Source of the DNA: Chitinivibrionales bacterium
Lineage (GTDB): Bacteria; Fibrobacterota; Chitinivibrionia; Chitinivibrionales; WJKA01
Direction of reading: 5' to 3'
Assembly (NCBI GenBank): GCA_038247415.1
Contig: JBBRUX010000005.1
Location: forward strand, 32,001-96,000
DNA length: 64,000 nucleotides
Shown: positions 10,962-20,454 of the stretch, in pieces
How the letters are laid out: each line of letters begins with the position of its first letter
How positions within the stretch are numbered: the first letter of the stretch is position 1
Made by a program: the position numbers and the translations under genes
The notes under the pieces: generated by a model
What the model was told of the DNA's origin: nothing
Seen by the model: only the letters and a program-made list of their open reading frames with translations
The model's database searches: none

Positions 10962-11573
10962 TTGGAACTTTTTCCTCACCATGGAGTAACCCGTTTAAAA
11001 GCAATTGTGCACCATTATAGGGTTTTATGGCTCGTGTATGTATCGATGGTACTTGCAGTGCTCGGAGGATGTTCGCCCCAGCTTCGGTATACAGCTAGCG
11101 CGGGGTCAACAACACAACAACAGACATCTTCATGGGATCAAAACAAGACTATCGAACCCGATTTCAGCCTGGCACTAGAGCCTGATACAAAAATTGTAAG
11201 CACCGACGAAAATCGATTGCGTCGAATTATCGGTTCGTATGTTGGTGTGCCTTATAAATCGGGGGGGCTATCACGTAAAGGGCTCGATTGTTCTGGGTAT
11301 GTAACTTTGGTGTATCGCGATTATAACAACTTAAAATTACCCCGCAATAGTGCTGCAATGTATACAATTGGGAATAAAATCAAGACGCGCGATCTGCAAT
11401 GCGGAGATCTGGTTTTTTTTAAGGGTGTTTTTTTTGGCTCCATCAATCATGTCGGAATGTATGTTGGAGATGGATGGTTTGCACATGCAAGCACGAGTAG
11501 TGGTGTAATGTATAGTGCTATAGCAGAAGACTATTACCGCAAACGATTTGTTGGAGCAAGGAGAGTTTTATGA
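10962..11573 (+). CDS. NlpC/P60 family lipoprotein peptidase (start uncertain)
   Basis: Lipobox-like LGGC; GVPY..GG....GLDCSG, LPR, GDLVFF, HVGMY, FAHAS. Confidence 0.88.
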   Translation: MELFPHHGVTRLKAIVHHYRVLWLVYVSMVLAVLGGCSPQLRYTASAGSTTQQQTSSWDQNKTIEPDFSLALEPDTKIVSTDENRLRRIIGSYVGVPYKSGGLSRKGLDCSGYVTLVYRDYNNLKLPRNSAAMYTIGNKIKTRDLQCGDLVFFKGVFFGSINHVGMYVGDGWFAHASTSSGVMYSAIAEDYYRKRFVGARRVL

Positions 11574-12436
11574 TTTCGGTGGCATTTCTAGGCGAACGTG
11601 GCTCCTTTTCCGAACTCGCTGCACGCGAATTTTTTGGAACTTCAATACAGTGTGTATCATCTGAAGATTTTGACAGTGTTTTTTACCACGTCATGAGTGG
11701 CGAATGCAACTATGGCATTATCCCCATAGAGAATTCGATGGCAGGAAGCATTCATCAAAACTTCGATTTACTGCTAGAACACGAATGCGTTATCGTTGGT
11801 GAAATTTACATTCATATCGAACACTTTCTCATTGCTAATCAAGGTGTGGCCAAAAGAGCCATTAAAAAAATTCTCTCTCATCCTCAGCCACTTAGTCAAT
11901 GCCGATCGTTTATTACTAAAATGACTAATATCGAAACCATCGCAACTTCCAGTACCTCCGAAGCAGTACGATTAGTAAAGACTGGCAATTTAAAAGATGC
12001 TGCTGCAATTGGCTCTATGCAATCGGCACTCGATTATAACATGAAAGTTCTTGCAAAAAATGTGGAGGATAGCGAATACAATCTTACTCGTTTTCTTATT
12101 GTTGCAAAAAATTCGATTACTAAAAAGCAAACCAATAAGTCAGAAAAAACAATTAAAACATCCATTGTCTTTTGTACAAAAAACATTCCGGGCGTATTAT
12201 TTAAAGCACTATCTGCATTTTCGTTGCGTGACATCAACCTCTCAAAAATTGAATCGCGCCCTTTACGAGGAAAGCATTTCGAATATATCTTTTACCTCGA
12301 TTTTCAAGGGTGCACAAAAGATCCCGTTGTACAAAAAGCACTTTTGCATTTACAAGAAATTACAACCTTTTATAGACTACTGGGTTCCTATTCTGTTGGC
12401 GAAATTGTTCGTCCAGCATTCCAAAAACGCGCTTGA
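11570..12436 (+). CDS. pheA: Prephenate dehydratase (PDT-ACT)
   Basis: FLGERGSFSE, PIENS, SHPQPLSQC, NLTRF, INLSKIESRP. Confidence 0.93.
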   Translation: MISVAFLGERGSFSELAAREFFGTSIQCVSSEDFDSVFYHVMSGECNYGIIPIENSMAGSIHQNFDLLLEHECVIVGEIYIHIEHFLIANQGVAKRAIKKILSHPQPLSQCRSFITKMTNIETIATSSTSEAVRLVKTGNLKDAAAIGSMQSALDYNMKVLAKNVEDSEYNLTRFLIVAKNSITKKQTNKSEKTIKTSIVFCTKNIPGVLFKALSAFSLRDINLSKIESRPLRGKHFEYIFYLDFQGCTKDPVVQKALLHLQEITTFYRLLGSYSVGEIVRPAFQKRA

Positions 12437-12467
12437 TTCACTTAACTCTTAAAGGTATCTTTTTTGT

Positions 12468-13670
12468 ATGACTAATTTTTCATCAATGGCCAAAGCACTT
12501 CGTTCATCAGAAATTCGTCGGCTAATGAGCCTTGCGGCAGACCCCTCAATTATTTCGTTTGCAGGTGGAATGCCAAACAATTCGCTTTTCCCCATCGATA
12601 TTGTTGATAAAATTTGGCTCAACCTACCCGAATCTCAAAAGCAAATTGCCTTTCAATATGGACCAACTTCGGGCTATCCCCCACTCCTTGCAGCACTTAC
12701 TAACTACTTGCAATCGCGAGGAATTCCAACAACCGACGGTTCTCTCATCATTACAACCGGTGCGCAACAAGCAATAAGTCTTCTATCGCGTGTCATGCTT
12801 GACGAAGGTGATCATGTCGTTACCGAATACCCAAGTTTTATTGGCGCGCTTGCTGCATTTTCTTCCTGCGGGGCAATTCTCGATCAGATTCCCCTCGACG
12901 AAGAAGGCATTGAAGTTGAAGCCCTCAAGAAACACCTCGATGCTGCTAATCATATGCCTAAAATGATTTACCTCAATACACACTTTCACAATCCCAAAGG
13001 GATAACATACTCTGCAGCGCGTAAAGAAGAAGTTCTTTCCCTTCTGGAGAATCGCTCTATTCTCGTTCTGGAAGACGACCCTTATAGCGAACTTTATTTT
13101 AATGAAAAAGATAAAGTTGCAACAATCCCCATGGCCGCCACAAACGACGGCAGAACACCATTGTGCTATGTGGGATCATTTGCCAAAATACTCGGGCCTG
13201 GTATGCGTTTAGGATGGCTCTTTGGACCTAAAGAAATAGTTGAAAAATGCGAACTCGCAAAGCAATCTGCTGACGCATGTTCCTCAACGCTCACACAAGT
13301 TATTGCTGCCGAGTTTCTCATGCAAGGTAAACTTCCTCCCTACCTTTCTCCCTTGCGTAAAATCTATTCTCGCCGGGCTCAACTTATGTTGACAGCTTTA
13401 AGCAAACATATGCCCAAGGAAGTTTCCTGGACAACCCCGCGGGGCGGTTTTTATGTTTGGGCAACCCTGCCAGAACACATCAACGCCACCGATGTCTTTA
13501 CTATTGCATTATCCCGTGGTGCAGCATTTGTTGTTGGTAGTGCCTTCGACCCCGCTGGAATTCGCAATAATTGCTTCAGGCTAGCATTCTCTCATACTGC
13601 AGAAGAAAAAATAGAAAAAGGGATTGCAATAATTGCAGAGGCTGTTAAAGAGGTTTTGGCAAAACTGTGA
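12468..13670 (+). CDS. PLP-dependent aminotransferase class I (LysN/ARO8-like)
   Basis: ISFAGGMP, QYGPTSG, HNPKG, EDDPY, GSFAKILGPGMRLGW; location next to pheA suggests an aromatic aminotransferase. Confidence 0.9.
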   Translation: MTNFSSMAKALRSSEIRRLMSLAADPSIISFAGGMPNNSLFPIDIVDKIWLNLPESQKQIAFQYGPTSGYPPLLAALTNYLQSRGIPTTDGSLIITTGAQQAISLLSRVMLDEGDHVVTEYPSFIGALAAFSSCGAILDQIPLDEEGIEVEALKKHLDAANHMPKMIYLNTHFHNPKGITYSAARKEEVLSLLENRSILVLEDDPYSELYFNEKDKVATIPMAATNDGRTPLCYVGSFAKILGPGMRLGWLFGPKEIVEKCELAKQSADACSSTLTQVIAAEFLMQGKLPPYLSPLRKIYSRRAQLMLTALSKHMPKEVSWTTPRGGFYVWATLPEHINATDVFTIALSRGAAFVVGSAFDPAGIRNNCFRLAFSHTAEEKIEKGIAIIAEAVKEVLAKL

Positions 13671-13846
13671 AATCTGTTGTAGGCTGATTTTGATTTATTC
13701 AGATTAGTGGGTTTACCGGAAAAATATTCTTGGGGATTTTCATCGTGGCGTGCCTTATACTTCTTGTAAATCTTTTTTAATTCGTAGCCATTTTGTTCCC
13801 CAATTTCTTTTCTGGCTTTCCAAATTTCTGCGCTATGGGAGCGCAT
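13592..13846 (-). other. Possible remnant of a small charged helical protein
   Basis: EIWKARKEIGEQNGYELKKIYKKY resembles short antitoxin-like ORFs; the 3' part overlaps the aminotransferase, so it is likely degraded. Confidence 0.25.
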
Positions 13847-13875
13847 TTTTTTGCGCGAACAAGCATTGAAACACT

Positions 13876-13907
13876 AAAGGCCGCACCAACACATGGTAAC
13901 GGCCTTT
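13876..13907. terminator. Hairpin, probable intrinsic terminator
   Basis: aaaggccg-cacca-acaca-tggtaa-cggccttt inverted repeat downstream of the minus-strand pseudogene. Confidence 0.45.
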
Positions 13908-13940
13908 GTTAACTTATATACTTCCCAAACTTACAATCGA

Positions 13941-14709
13941 TTATTTATACTCCGTATCGCAATTTTGGCGAAATTGCTTTCTGATTTGTCCAAAAAGAGC
14001 GGTTTGCGCAGAAATAAGAAGCTTTGGCCAATGCTTGTCTGCTATGACACTCATTGACATAGAAGCTTTTCCAGGTGATTGTGCTTTAATGACATCCCGA
14101 ATAATAAATCCAGTTCCTTTTTGATATCAATTCAGTTTTCAAATAAGATTCATATAACCGTTACCAAAACCGGCTGCTGCATTAAAGCCTCTATAATTTG
14201 AGCTCATTACACCAAGCATGATCGTGTGGACATTGAGGGCTGCACACAGTGAATCGAGCAGGCTCATTGGCTCATCCTGAACATAATTAAGACTATCTGC
14301 ACAGAGTTGATCAGCACCTATGCCTACGGTTTTGCCAAGTATCTTTTTGAAATTGGGCTTTGTTAAGGCTTTATACTTTTCGTTTGAAGTAACTTTGTCC
14401 ATGGGAAGAAATTCAACCCCCGGTAAACACAGCAGTTGAGCTATCGAGAAATTCTTTCCAGAGAACATTGAGACATGCCTTATACGGTGCATAGTATTTC
14501 TCTTCAGATTGCATGACCCTAGGCCCGTTGCTTGGAGGGTCGCCATCTAATACAATGGATTTATTAAGCGAATAACTGACAATTGCAATGGGGCCCTTTC
14601 CTTTAAGCAAAGTCCAGGTTGCGCAAAAAGAGAGCGATGGAAGAGCTACTGTGGCAGCAAAAACAACCATTGTCGCTTTTTTAAGAAAGCGTAAATTTGA
14701 GAGTTTCAT
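13941..14709 (-). pseudogene. Degraded gene for a secreted hypothetical protein
   Basis: Signal-peptide ORF from 14709; removing one G in the G5 run near 14417-14421 joins it to the 14139..14546 frame; that frame continues through two in-frame TGA codons to TAA at 13941. Confidence 0.65.
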
Positions 14710-14858
14710 GCATGCTATCCTTCGTTATTGTTGATAAGAAGCATGCATTTATAATCGTTGACTAAAACAGCTCGTCGAGGCCATAAAACAATACTATTCC
14801 CCACTGGATTTCATTGCTAGCACTAACGAAGTGACAAATTGGCGAATAGTTAACAATT

Positions 14859-15870
14859 GTCGAGTAGACACGGGTATTTCAACCCAAGCCTCTCACGGAA
14901 CCGTGCTTGAAAGTCTCCCTTCACACGGCTCTTTTTGACAGACGCAACCTAATAATTAAAACCATACTCCCAATATGGAAACATCTTCGGTTCACTCTCA
15001 ATCACCCGTTTGAGCCAGCCGTAGGCTTTTCCGTAAGTATTCGTTTTGTACTTCTTCCGAGCCCATTTGACAAGATAGGTGTTTAGTCGCCAGAAAACAT
15101 TCCGCAATACTGACGGACTGTATTTCCCATAGTAGTGCAACCAGCTCCTGATCTTGGGTGATAATTCCTTCGATACATCCTTGAGGTCAATTGGCACCCA
15201 ATTCCATATCGAAAGTCTTCTCAATTAATCAAGTATCCGTTTCTGGTTCTTTCTACTTATTGCAGGGAAATATGACCAAAACAACTCGCCACCTTGCTTT
15301 TTGTAAAGCCTCGGCTTGAAGGTATACCCCAGAAAATCAAACTGCCTTGCTACCTCTTTAGGTTCTTTTTGTGACCGTATCGAACAATGACAATACACCA
15401 TCTTTGTCTTCTCTCCATTCAGCTCCAAACCGTACCCTTGCAAGTGCGTCCGTAACCGATCAAGAATAAACTCTGATTGCTCCCAACTTCGTGTATGTAT
15501 CACTATGCCATCTGCATAGCGCTCAAACACTATTCGGGGCTGTGTACTTTGAATCCACAAGTCAAATGCTTCGTGAAGGAACAGATTTGCCAACAGCGGA
15601 ATTAAAACTCCACCTTGCGGGGTACCCTTGTCCGTTTGCGCTGAGAGTCCATCAATTCCAACTCTCTTCCCGCCTCGCTTGACAAGAAACCATGCTTCCC
15701 ATACTTGTCGTTTTGTTATACTTTGCGTCTTTGCCGCTGGTTTCGTCTCTATGCCGTGTACCAATGTGACCAAAACTCAGGTTACTGTCACACTTATCCC
15801 CAAACAGATTAAGAAGTCTGGGTTTCTGATACTGTGAAATTGATTTCGACACCTCGTAAACGGTTTAATT
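14859..15870 (-). mobile_element. Group II intron remnant (bacterial class D-like) with internally deleted, stop-interrupted RT/maturase
   Basis: Minus strand has domain V GAGCCGTGTGAAGGGAGACTTTCAAGCACGGTTC and domain VI ending ...TACTCGAC at 14859. RT motifs VWEAW..VK....GIDG, GTPQGG, LANLFLH, FERYADG, FDFLGY and a domain X (WLHYYG) split by TAA at 15225. Confidence 0.9.
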
Positions 15871-15874
15871 TATT

Positions 15875-16100
15875 GGTTCTTCAGACATTTTCGGGTGATT
15901 TCTTGTTGAATAAATTATACTTTATTCTATAGAAAGACACAAAACTTTATGAAGCAGCCTTAGGCCTTGAGCATCCATGACACGTGACGTCGGTAAACTT
16001 TCAGCCAGAGGCTAGAGTTGTAGCCGTACATGTTGGGACAACAGACCTGCTTTGGGCTTGTCCTGATTGCAAGAAGCGGATGCATGGACATGTGGAAGCC
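15875..16100 (+). mobile_element. ISL3-family IS left end with transposase N-terminal pseudogene fragment
   Basis: Begins GGTTCTTCAGACATTTTCGGGTGA (ISL3-like terminus); reads KDTKLYEAALGLEHP*HVTSV...WACPDCKKRMHGH, matching the ISL3 N-terminal zinc-finger region with Trp->TGA. Confidence 0.7.
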
Positions 16101-16151
16101 CTATATGAATTCGATAGCAGCCAATGTGCCGGATAGTAACAAAATGCTTAT

Positions 16152-16225
16152 TAGATATTTTTTTATCTAATCTATTGACTCAACTATTTTTAATGAGTAT
16201 ATTATTATCGATAAGAAATTATCTA
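16152..16225 (+). promoter_or_regulatory. sigma70 promoter of rex-adhE flanked by two putative Rex operators
   Basis: TTGACT(16175)-17 bp-TATATT(16198); 18-mers TAGATAT-TTTT-TTATCTA (16152-16169) and TCGATAA-GAAA-TTATCTA (16208-16225) with Rex-type 7-4-7 geometry. Confidence 0.6.
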
Positions 16226-16245
16226 TTAACTTCAAGGAAGCGCAA

Positions 16246-16902
16246 ATGGCCACAAATTTTACTTTTCGGGCTACTCCCCAGCCAACTATTAAAAGAATCC
16301 CCGCTTACCTAGCAATCCTTAAAGAACTGGAACTAGCTGGTCAAATCACCGTTTCTACTACTGATATTGCAGATAGATTAGCCTTGAATCCTATTCAAGT
16401 CCGAAAAGATCTTTCGATAACAGGCATTACGGGTAGACCAAAAATTGGGTACATCACCACAGAACTCATTGCGGGGATTTACAATTTTTTAGGATGGCAC
16501 AATACCAAAGACGCAGTTCTTGTTGGTGCTGGAGCGCTTGGATCAGCTCTTTTAGGATACAAGGGGTTTGCTGGATACGGATTGCGCATTACCGCGACAT
16601 TTGATTCGTCTAAAAAGCTTATAGGCAAAACAATTCATGGCCGAGTTGTTGCACCTATCAACGAGCTTGAAGATTTCATACGCCAAAGCGCTATACGGAT
16701 AGGAATCATTACTGTTCCTGCCGAAGCTGCTCAGGATATTGCTTATCAATGTGTGAGAGCAGGCATTAGAGGGATCTGGAATTTCTCTCCTGTAAAACTT
16801 GCAGTGCCACATCAGGTTGTGGTACAAAACGAAGATCTCTCGAGTGGTCTTGCACTCCTTTCAGTAAAGATTTCCGAAAAGCTTTCAGCAGACTCTAGGT
16901 AG
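16246..16902 (+). CDS. rex: Redox-sensing transcriptional repressor Rex
   Basis: PTIKRIPAY, QVRKDLS...G...IGY winged helix; LVGAGALG Rossmann motif; GIWNFSP. Confidence 0.95.
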   Translation: MATNFTFRATPQPTIKRIPAYLAILKELELAGQITVSTTDIADRLALNPIQVRKDLSITGITGRPKIGYITTELIAGIYNFLGWHNTKDAVLVGAGALGSALLGYKGFAGYGLRITATFDSSKKLIGKTIHGRVVAPINELEDFIRQSAIRIGIITVPAEAAQDIAYQCVRAGIRGIWNFSPVKLAVPHQVVVQNEDLSSGLALLSVKISEKLSADSR

Positions 16903-17002
16903 CCTGGATCCTAGACTCTTCACGAAGGCAACGGATACCAGGCAGATTGGTTCTCTCACGGTTTTTTTGTATAAACCATTTCATGAAATAAAGGAGTCTT
17001 AT

Positions 17003-19636
17003 ATGACAAACAAAAATACACATAAAACTGCTCCAAAAGGCATACCCTTGCACAGCGAAGTTGATCCCGCAGGGGTTGTTGAAGCCCTGGTAAACCGCGT
17101 TAAAGCAGCCCAGGAAGTATACGCACAGTTTACACAGGAACACGTCGATCGAATTTTTGAACTGGCTGCCATCGCGGCAAATAAACAACGTATAAGCCTT
17201 GCGAAAGCAGCAAAAGAAGAAACGGGAATGGGTCTGGTGGAAGACAAAATCACTAAAAATCATTTTGCCTCCGAATACATTTACAATAAATATCGCGACA
17301 TGAAGACTTGCGGAACCATCGATCGCGATGATGCAGCCGGTATCATTAAAGTTGCCGAACCCCTTGGTATTATAGCTGGGGTTATTCCCGTAACTAATCC
17401 CACAAGTACAGCAATCTTCAAATCGTTGCTGGCCCTCAAAACAAGGAACGGTATCATTTTTTCGCCTCATCCTCGCGCAAAGAACTGCACTATTGCCGCT
17501 GCAAAAGTAGTACTTGACGCAGCGATACAAGGTGGAGCTCCCCGGGATATTATCGCCTGGATCGATGAACCCACTCTCGAAAGCAGCAACGCTCTTATGC
17601 AGCATCCTGGTATTGCAACCATTCTGGCAACAGGCGGTCCAGGAATGGTTAAAGCTGCATATAGCTCGGGAAAACCAGCACTGGGAGTAGGCGCTGGCAA
17701 TACCCCGGCAGTAATAGATGAAACAGCTGATATTCGCATGGCCATCAGCAGTATCCTTATTAGCAAAACATTTGATAATGGCATGATCTGCGCCTCGGAA
17801 CAGGCACTCGTTGTTGTTGACAGCGTATACGAATCTGTCAAAGAGCATCTGATTGCAGCACGGTGCATGATTCTGAATAAAGATCAACGAGATGCAGTTG
17901 GTAAAACAATAATCATACATGGACGTCTCAATGCAGAAATTGTAGGCCAACCAGCCTCTGTTATTGCACACATGGCTGGAATAGAAATCGCTGCCGAGAC
18001 CAAGGTTCTTGTTGGTGAAGTAACGCGCGTTGCAATGGACGAACCATTTGCCCACGAAAAACTTTCGCCAGTTCTTGGGCTTTTTAAAGCAAAGGATTTT
18101 GCCAATGCGCTTGATATAGCAAGCGCACTCCTTACCATGGGTGGAATGGGTCATACAAGCGTGCTGTATACAAACCAGAATAATGTCGAACGGATAAAAA
18201 CCTTTGGAGAACGCATGAAAACTGGCCGTACACTTATCAATATGCCTGCAAGCCAAGGAGCAATAGGGGATCTTTACAACTTTAGCCTTTGCCCATCGCT
18301 GACGTTGGGATGCGGTAGTTGGGGAGGAAATTCTGTGAGCGAAAATCTAACACCAGAACATCTGCTCAATATCAAAACTGTTGCAATGCGCAAAGAGAAT
18401 CTGCTCTGGTTCAAAGTCCCTGAAAAAGTTTACTTTAAAAGAGGTAGCCTCGAACACGCTCTCAACGATCTTGCTGGCAAAAAAAAGGCATTTATTGTTA
18501 CTGATAGGTTTCTTTTCGATAATGGCCTTTTAGCTCCGCTTATTGAGAAACTGGGCCGTTTAGGTATTTTGTTTGATGTTTTTGCCGATGTAGAACCCGA
18601 CCCAACCATTGCTACTGCTCGTAAAGGAGTTCACGAAATGGCGGGGTTTAAGCCCGATGTAATTATTGCCATTGGTGGTGGTTCGCCCATGGACGCTGCA
18701 AAAATTATGTGGCTCCTCTATGAGCATCCGGAAGCAGATTTCGAAAATCTTGCCATGCGCTTTATGGATATTCGCAAAAGAGTGTACACCTTTCCAAAAC
18801 TTGGAAGGTTAGCAAGCTTTGTAGCAATTCCAACCACCTCGGGAACTGGATCGGAAGTAACTCCCTTTGCTGTAATAACTGATGAAAAAACAGGTATGAA
18901 ATATCCCATTGCAGACTATGAACTTACTCCCGACATTGCTATTATTGATGCAGATCTGGCTGCACGCATGCCAAAAAACCTAACTGCCTATTCGGGGATC
19001 GATGCGCTGACTCATGCACTCGAAGCTATGGTAAGCGTGGTTGCAACCGAGTTTACAACACCGTATGCACTGGAAGCCACTCGCCTGATTTTCGAATACC
19101 TGCCTAAAGCATACGCTCTGGGCGAAGCTGATATGGACGCGCGCGAAAAAGTGCATCATGCATCTGCTATGGCAGGAATGGCTTTTGCCAATGCTTTTTT
19201 GGGGGCATGTCATTCGATGGCGCACAAACTTGGCGCATACTTTCACCTTCCTCACGGACTAGCAAACGCATTGTTAATCGAAGAGGTAATGCACTACAAC
19301 GCAGCAATTAGTCCAACCAAACAAGGTGTTTTTCCTCAGTATACCCACCCGCAAGCTCTGGAACGCTATGCCCGTATGGCAGATTATTGTGGACTTGGTG
19401 GAACAGACCCAATAGATAAATGCGAACGCCTTATTGCAAAGGTTGCCGCCCTCAAGGAAGAACTCGGCATTCCAAAAAGTATTGCTGAGGCTGGAATCGA
19501 TAAAAATGCTTTTATGGCCAAGCTAGACGAAATGGTAGAGGCTGCGTATGATGACCAGTGTACCGGTGCAAATCCACGCATACCAATGATGAGCGAAATG
19601 AAAGAACTCTATTTACAAGCGTATAGTCAGAAGTAG
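17003..19636 (+). CDS. adhE: Bifunctional acetaldehyde-CoA/alcohol dehydrogenase
   Basis: ALDH domain (PVTNPTST, ATGGPGMV, FDNGMICASEQ) plus Fe-ADH domain (GGGSPMDAAK, PTTSGTGSE, CHSMAHK...HG); RBS AAGGAG before ATG 17003. Confidence 0.97.
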   Translation: MTNKNTHKTAPKGIPLHSEVDPAGVVEALVNRVKAAQEVYAQFTQEHVDRIFELAAIAANKQRISLAKAAKEETGMGLVEDKITKNHFASEYIYNKYRDMKTCGTIDRDDAAGIIKVAEPLGIIAGVIPVTNPTSTAIFKSLLALKTRNGIIFSPHPRAKNCTIAAAKVVLDAAIQGGAPRDIIAWIDEPTLESSNALMQHPGIATILATGGPGMVKAAYSSGKPALGVGAGNTPAVIDETADIRMAISSILISKTFDNGMICASEQALVVVDSVYESVKEHLIAARCMILNKDQRDAVGKTIIIHGRLNAEIVGQPASVIAHMAGIEIAAETKVLVGEVTRVAMDEPFAHEKLSPVLGLFKAKDFANALDIASALLTMGGMGHTSVLYTNQNNVERIKTFGERMKTGRTLINMPASQGAIGDLYNFSLCPSLTLGCGSWGGNSVSENLTPEHLLNIKTVAMRKENLLWFKVPEKVYFKRGSLEHALNDLAGKKKAFIVTDRFLFDNGLLAPLIEKLGRLGILFDVFADVEPDPTIATARKGVHEMAGFKPDVIIAIGGGSPMDAAKIMWLLYEHPEADFENLAMRFMDIRKRVYTFPKLGRLASFVAIPTTSGTGSEVTPFAVITDEKTGMKYPIADYELTPDIAIIDADLAARMPKNLTAYSGIDALTHALEAMVSVVATEFTTPYALEATRLIFEYLPKAYALGEADMDAREKVHHASAMAGMAFANAFLGACHSMAHKLGAYFHLPHGLANALLIEEVMHYNAAISPTKQGVFPQYTHPQALERYARMADYCGLGGTDPIDKCERLIAKVAALKEELGIPKSIAEAGIDKNAFMAKLDEMVEAAYDDQCTGANPRIPMMSEMKELYLQAYSQK

Positions 19637-19670
19637 TGATAATTGTCAAAAAAAGAAATGTGTGTTTAAA

Positions 19671-19705
19671 AAAAAGGGAAAGACAAGAATTGTCTTTCCC
19701 TTTTT
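19671..19705. terminator. Bidirectional intrinsic terminator
   Basis: Perfect 16-bp stem aaaaagggaaagacaa-gaa-ttgtctttcccttttt between convergent adhE and the cqsA-like operon. Confidence 0.85.
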
Positions 19706-19779
19706 AAAAACCTTAGCGCCATAATTTTATGCAGTATCTGGCAATATTTCAGGTAACAAGAAGCTAACCGAGCACATTC

Positions 19780-20454
19780 TCAGATTTCCCCAATCATAAG
19801 CCCCTTCATCAATTGTAAATATTCTTCTCTCTTGCCATCAAAGTCGACCGGCTTTTGAAAGAACTCAAAAAACCTGCTATGGCGCAATGTCCGATAGAGA
19901 AGATTATTATCGTGCTCGGGATTACCCGTGATGAGAATGAAACGGATATTAGGACGGATTTTATGAACTTCATCGCAGAGCTCATTTCCTCGCATGCCAG
20001 GCATAACTTCATCGGTTATTACAAGTCGCACTTCTGGAGTAACTTTAATGAATTCTAAAGCTTCGAGAGGATCTAAGAATGTTTTTAAATTAAGATCTTT
20101 TGCAAACTTTCGCCTAAAAATAAAGAGATTTTGTTCCTCGTCATCAACATACAGCGCTAGGGGGTTTTCTGTGGGAGAAGGCCCTATTTTTTGTCGTATG
20201 CGGTCAAAAACGAGACCTATTGTTGCATCGTTAAATATTTGAGGCACACAATAGGGCTCTAAATCCAAGCGGCGTCCATCAAAGCGGACTTCAAGCTCAC
20301 GTGCAAATTCAGAAAACGACAAGATGTCAAAGCCATATGCCGTTAGCTTACTATCCTTGTGCAACTCGGAATCGAGCGATTTCAGGTCTTCGTAATCCCC
20401 ACAGATTGTGTCAACCGCAGATTTAATAACTTCGTAGAGGTCAGTGTCTCTCAT
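19780..20454 (-). CDS. Fusion of an ACP-like domain (no canonical Ser) and a receiver (REC) domain
   Basis: N-terminal ~90 aa has the ACP pattern (DSKL.AYGFDILSFSEFARELEVRF..TIG); C-terminal REC intact (YVDDE, ITDEVMPG, ITG, QKP). ATGA overlap with the upstream cqsA-like gene. Confidence 0.75.
   Translation of the reverse strand: MRDTDLYEVIKSAVDTICGDYEDLKSLDSELHKDSKLTAYGFDILSFSEFARELEVRFDGRRLDLEPYCVPQIFNDATIGLVFDRIRQKIGPSPTENPLALYVDDEEQNLFIFRRKFAKDLNLKTFLDPLEALEFIKVTPEVRLVITDEVMPGMRGNELCDEVHKIRPNIRFILITGNPEHDNNLLYRTLRHSRFFEFFQKPVDFDGKREEYLQLMKGLMIGEI

Noticed and set aside
14815..14858. Possible integron attC site at the intron 3' flank
   Set aside because: Only short AAC/GTT matches, no extended hairpin or integrase, and the intron domain V is not class C type.
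16895..18256. 453-aa minus-strand ORF
   Set aside because: Antisense shadow of adhE; no recognisable motifs.
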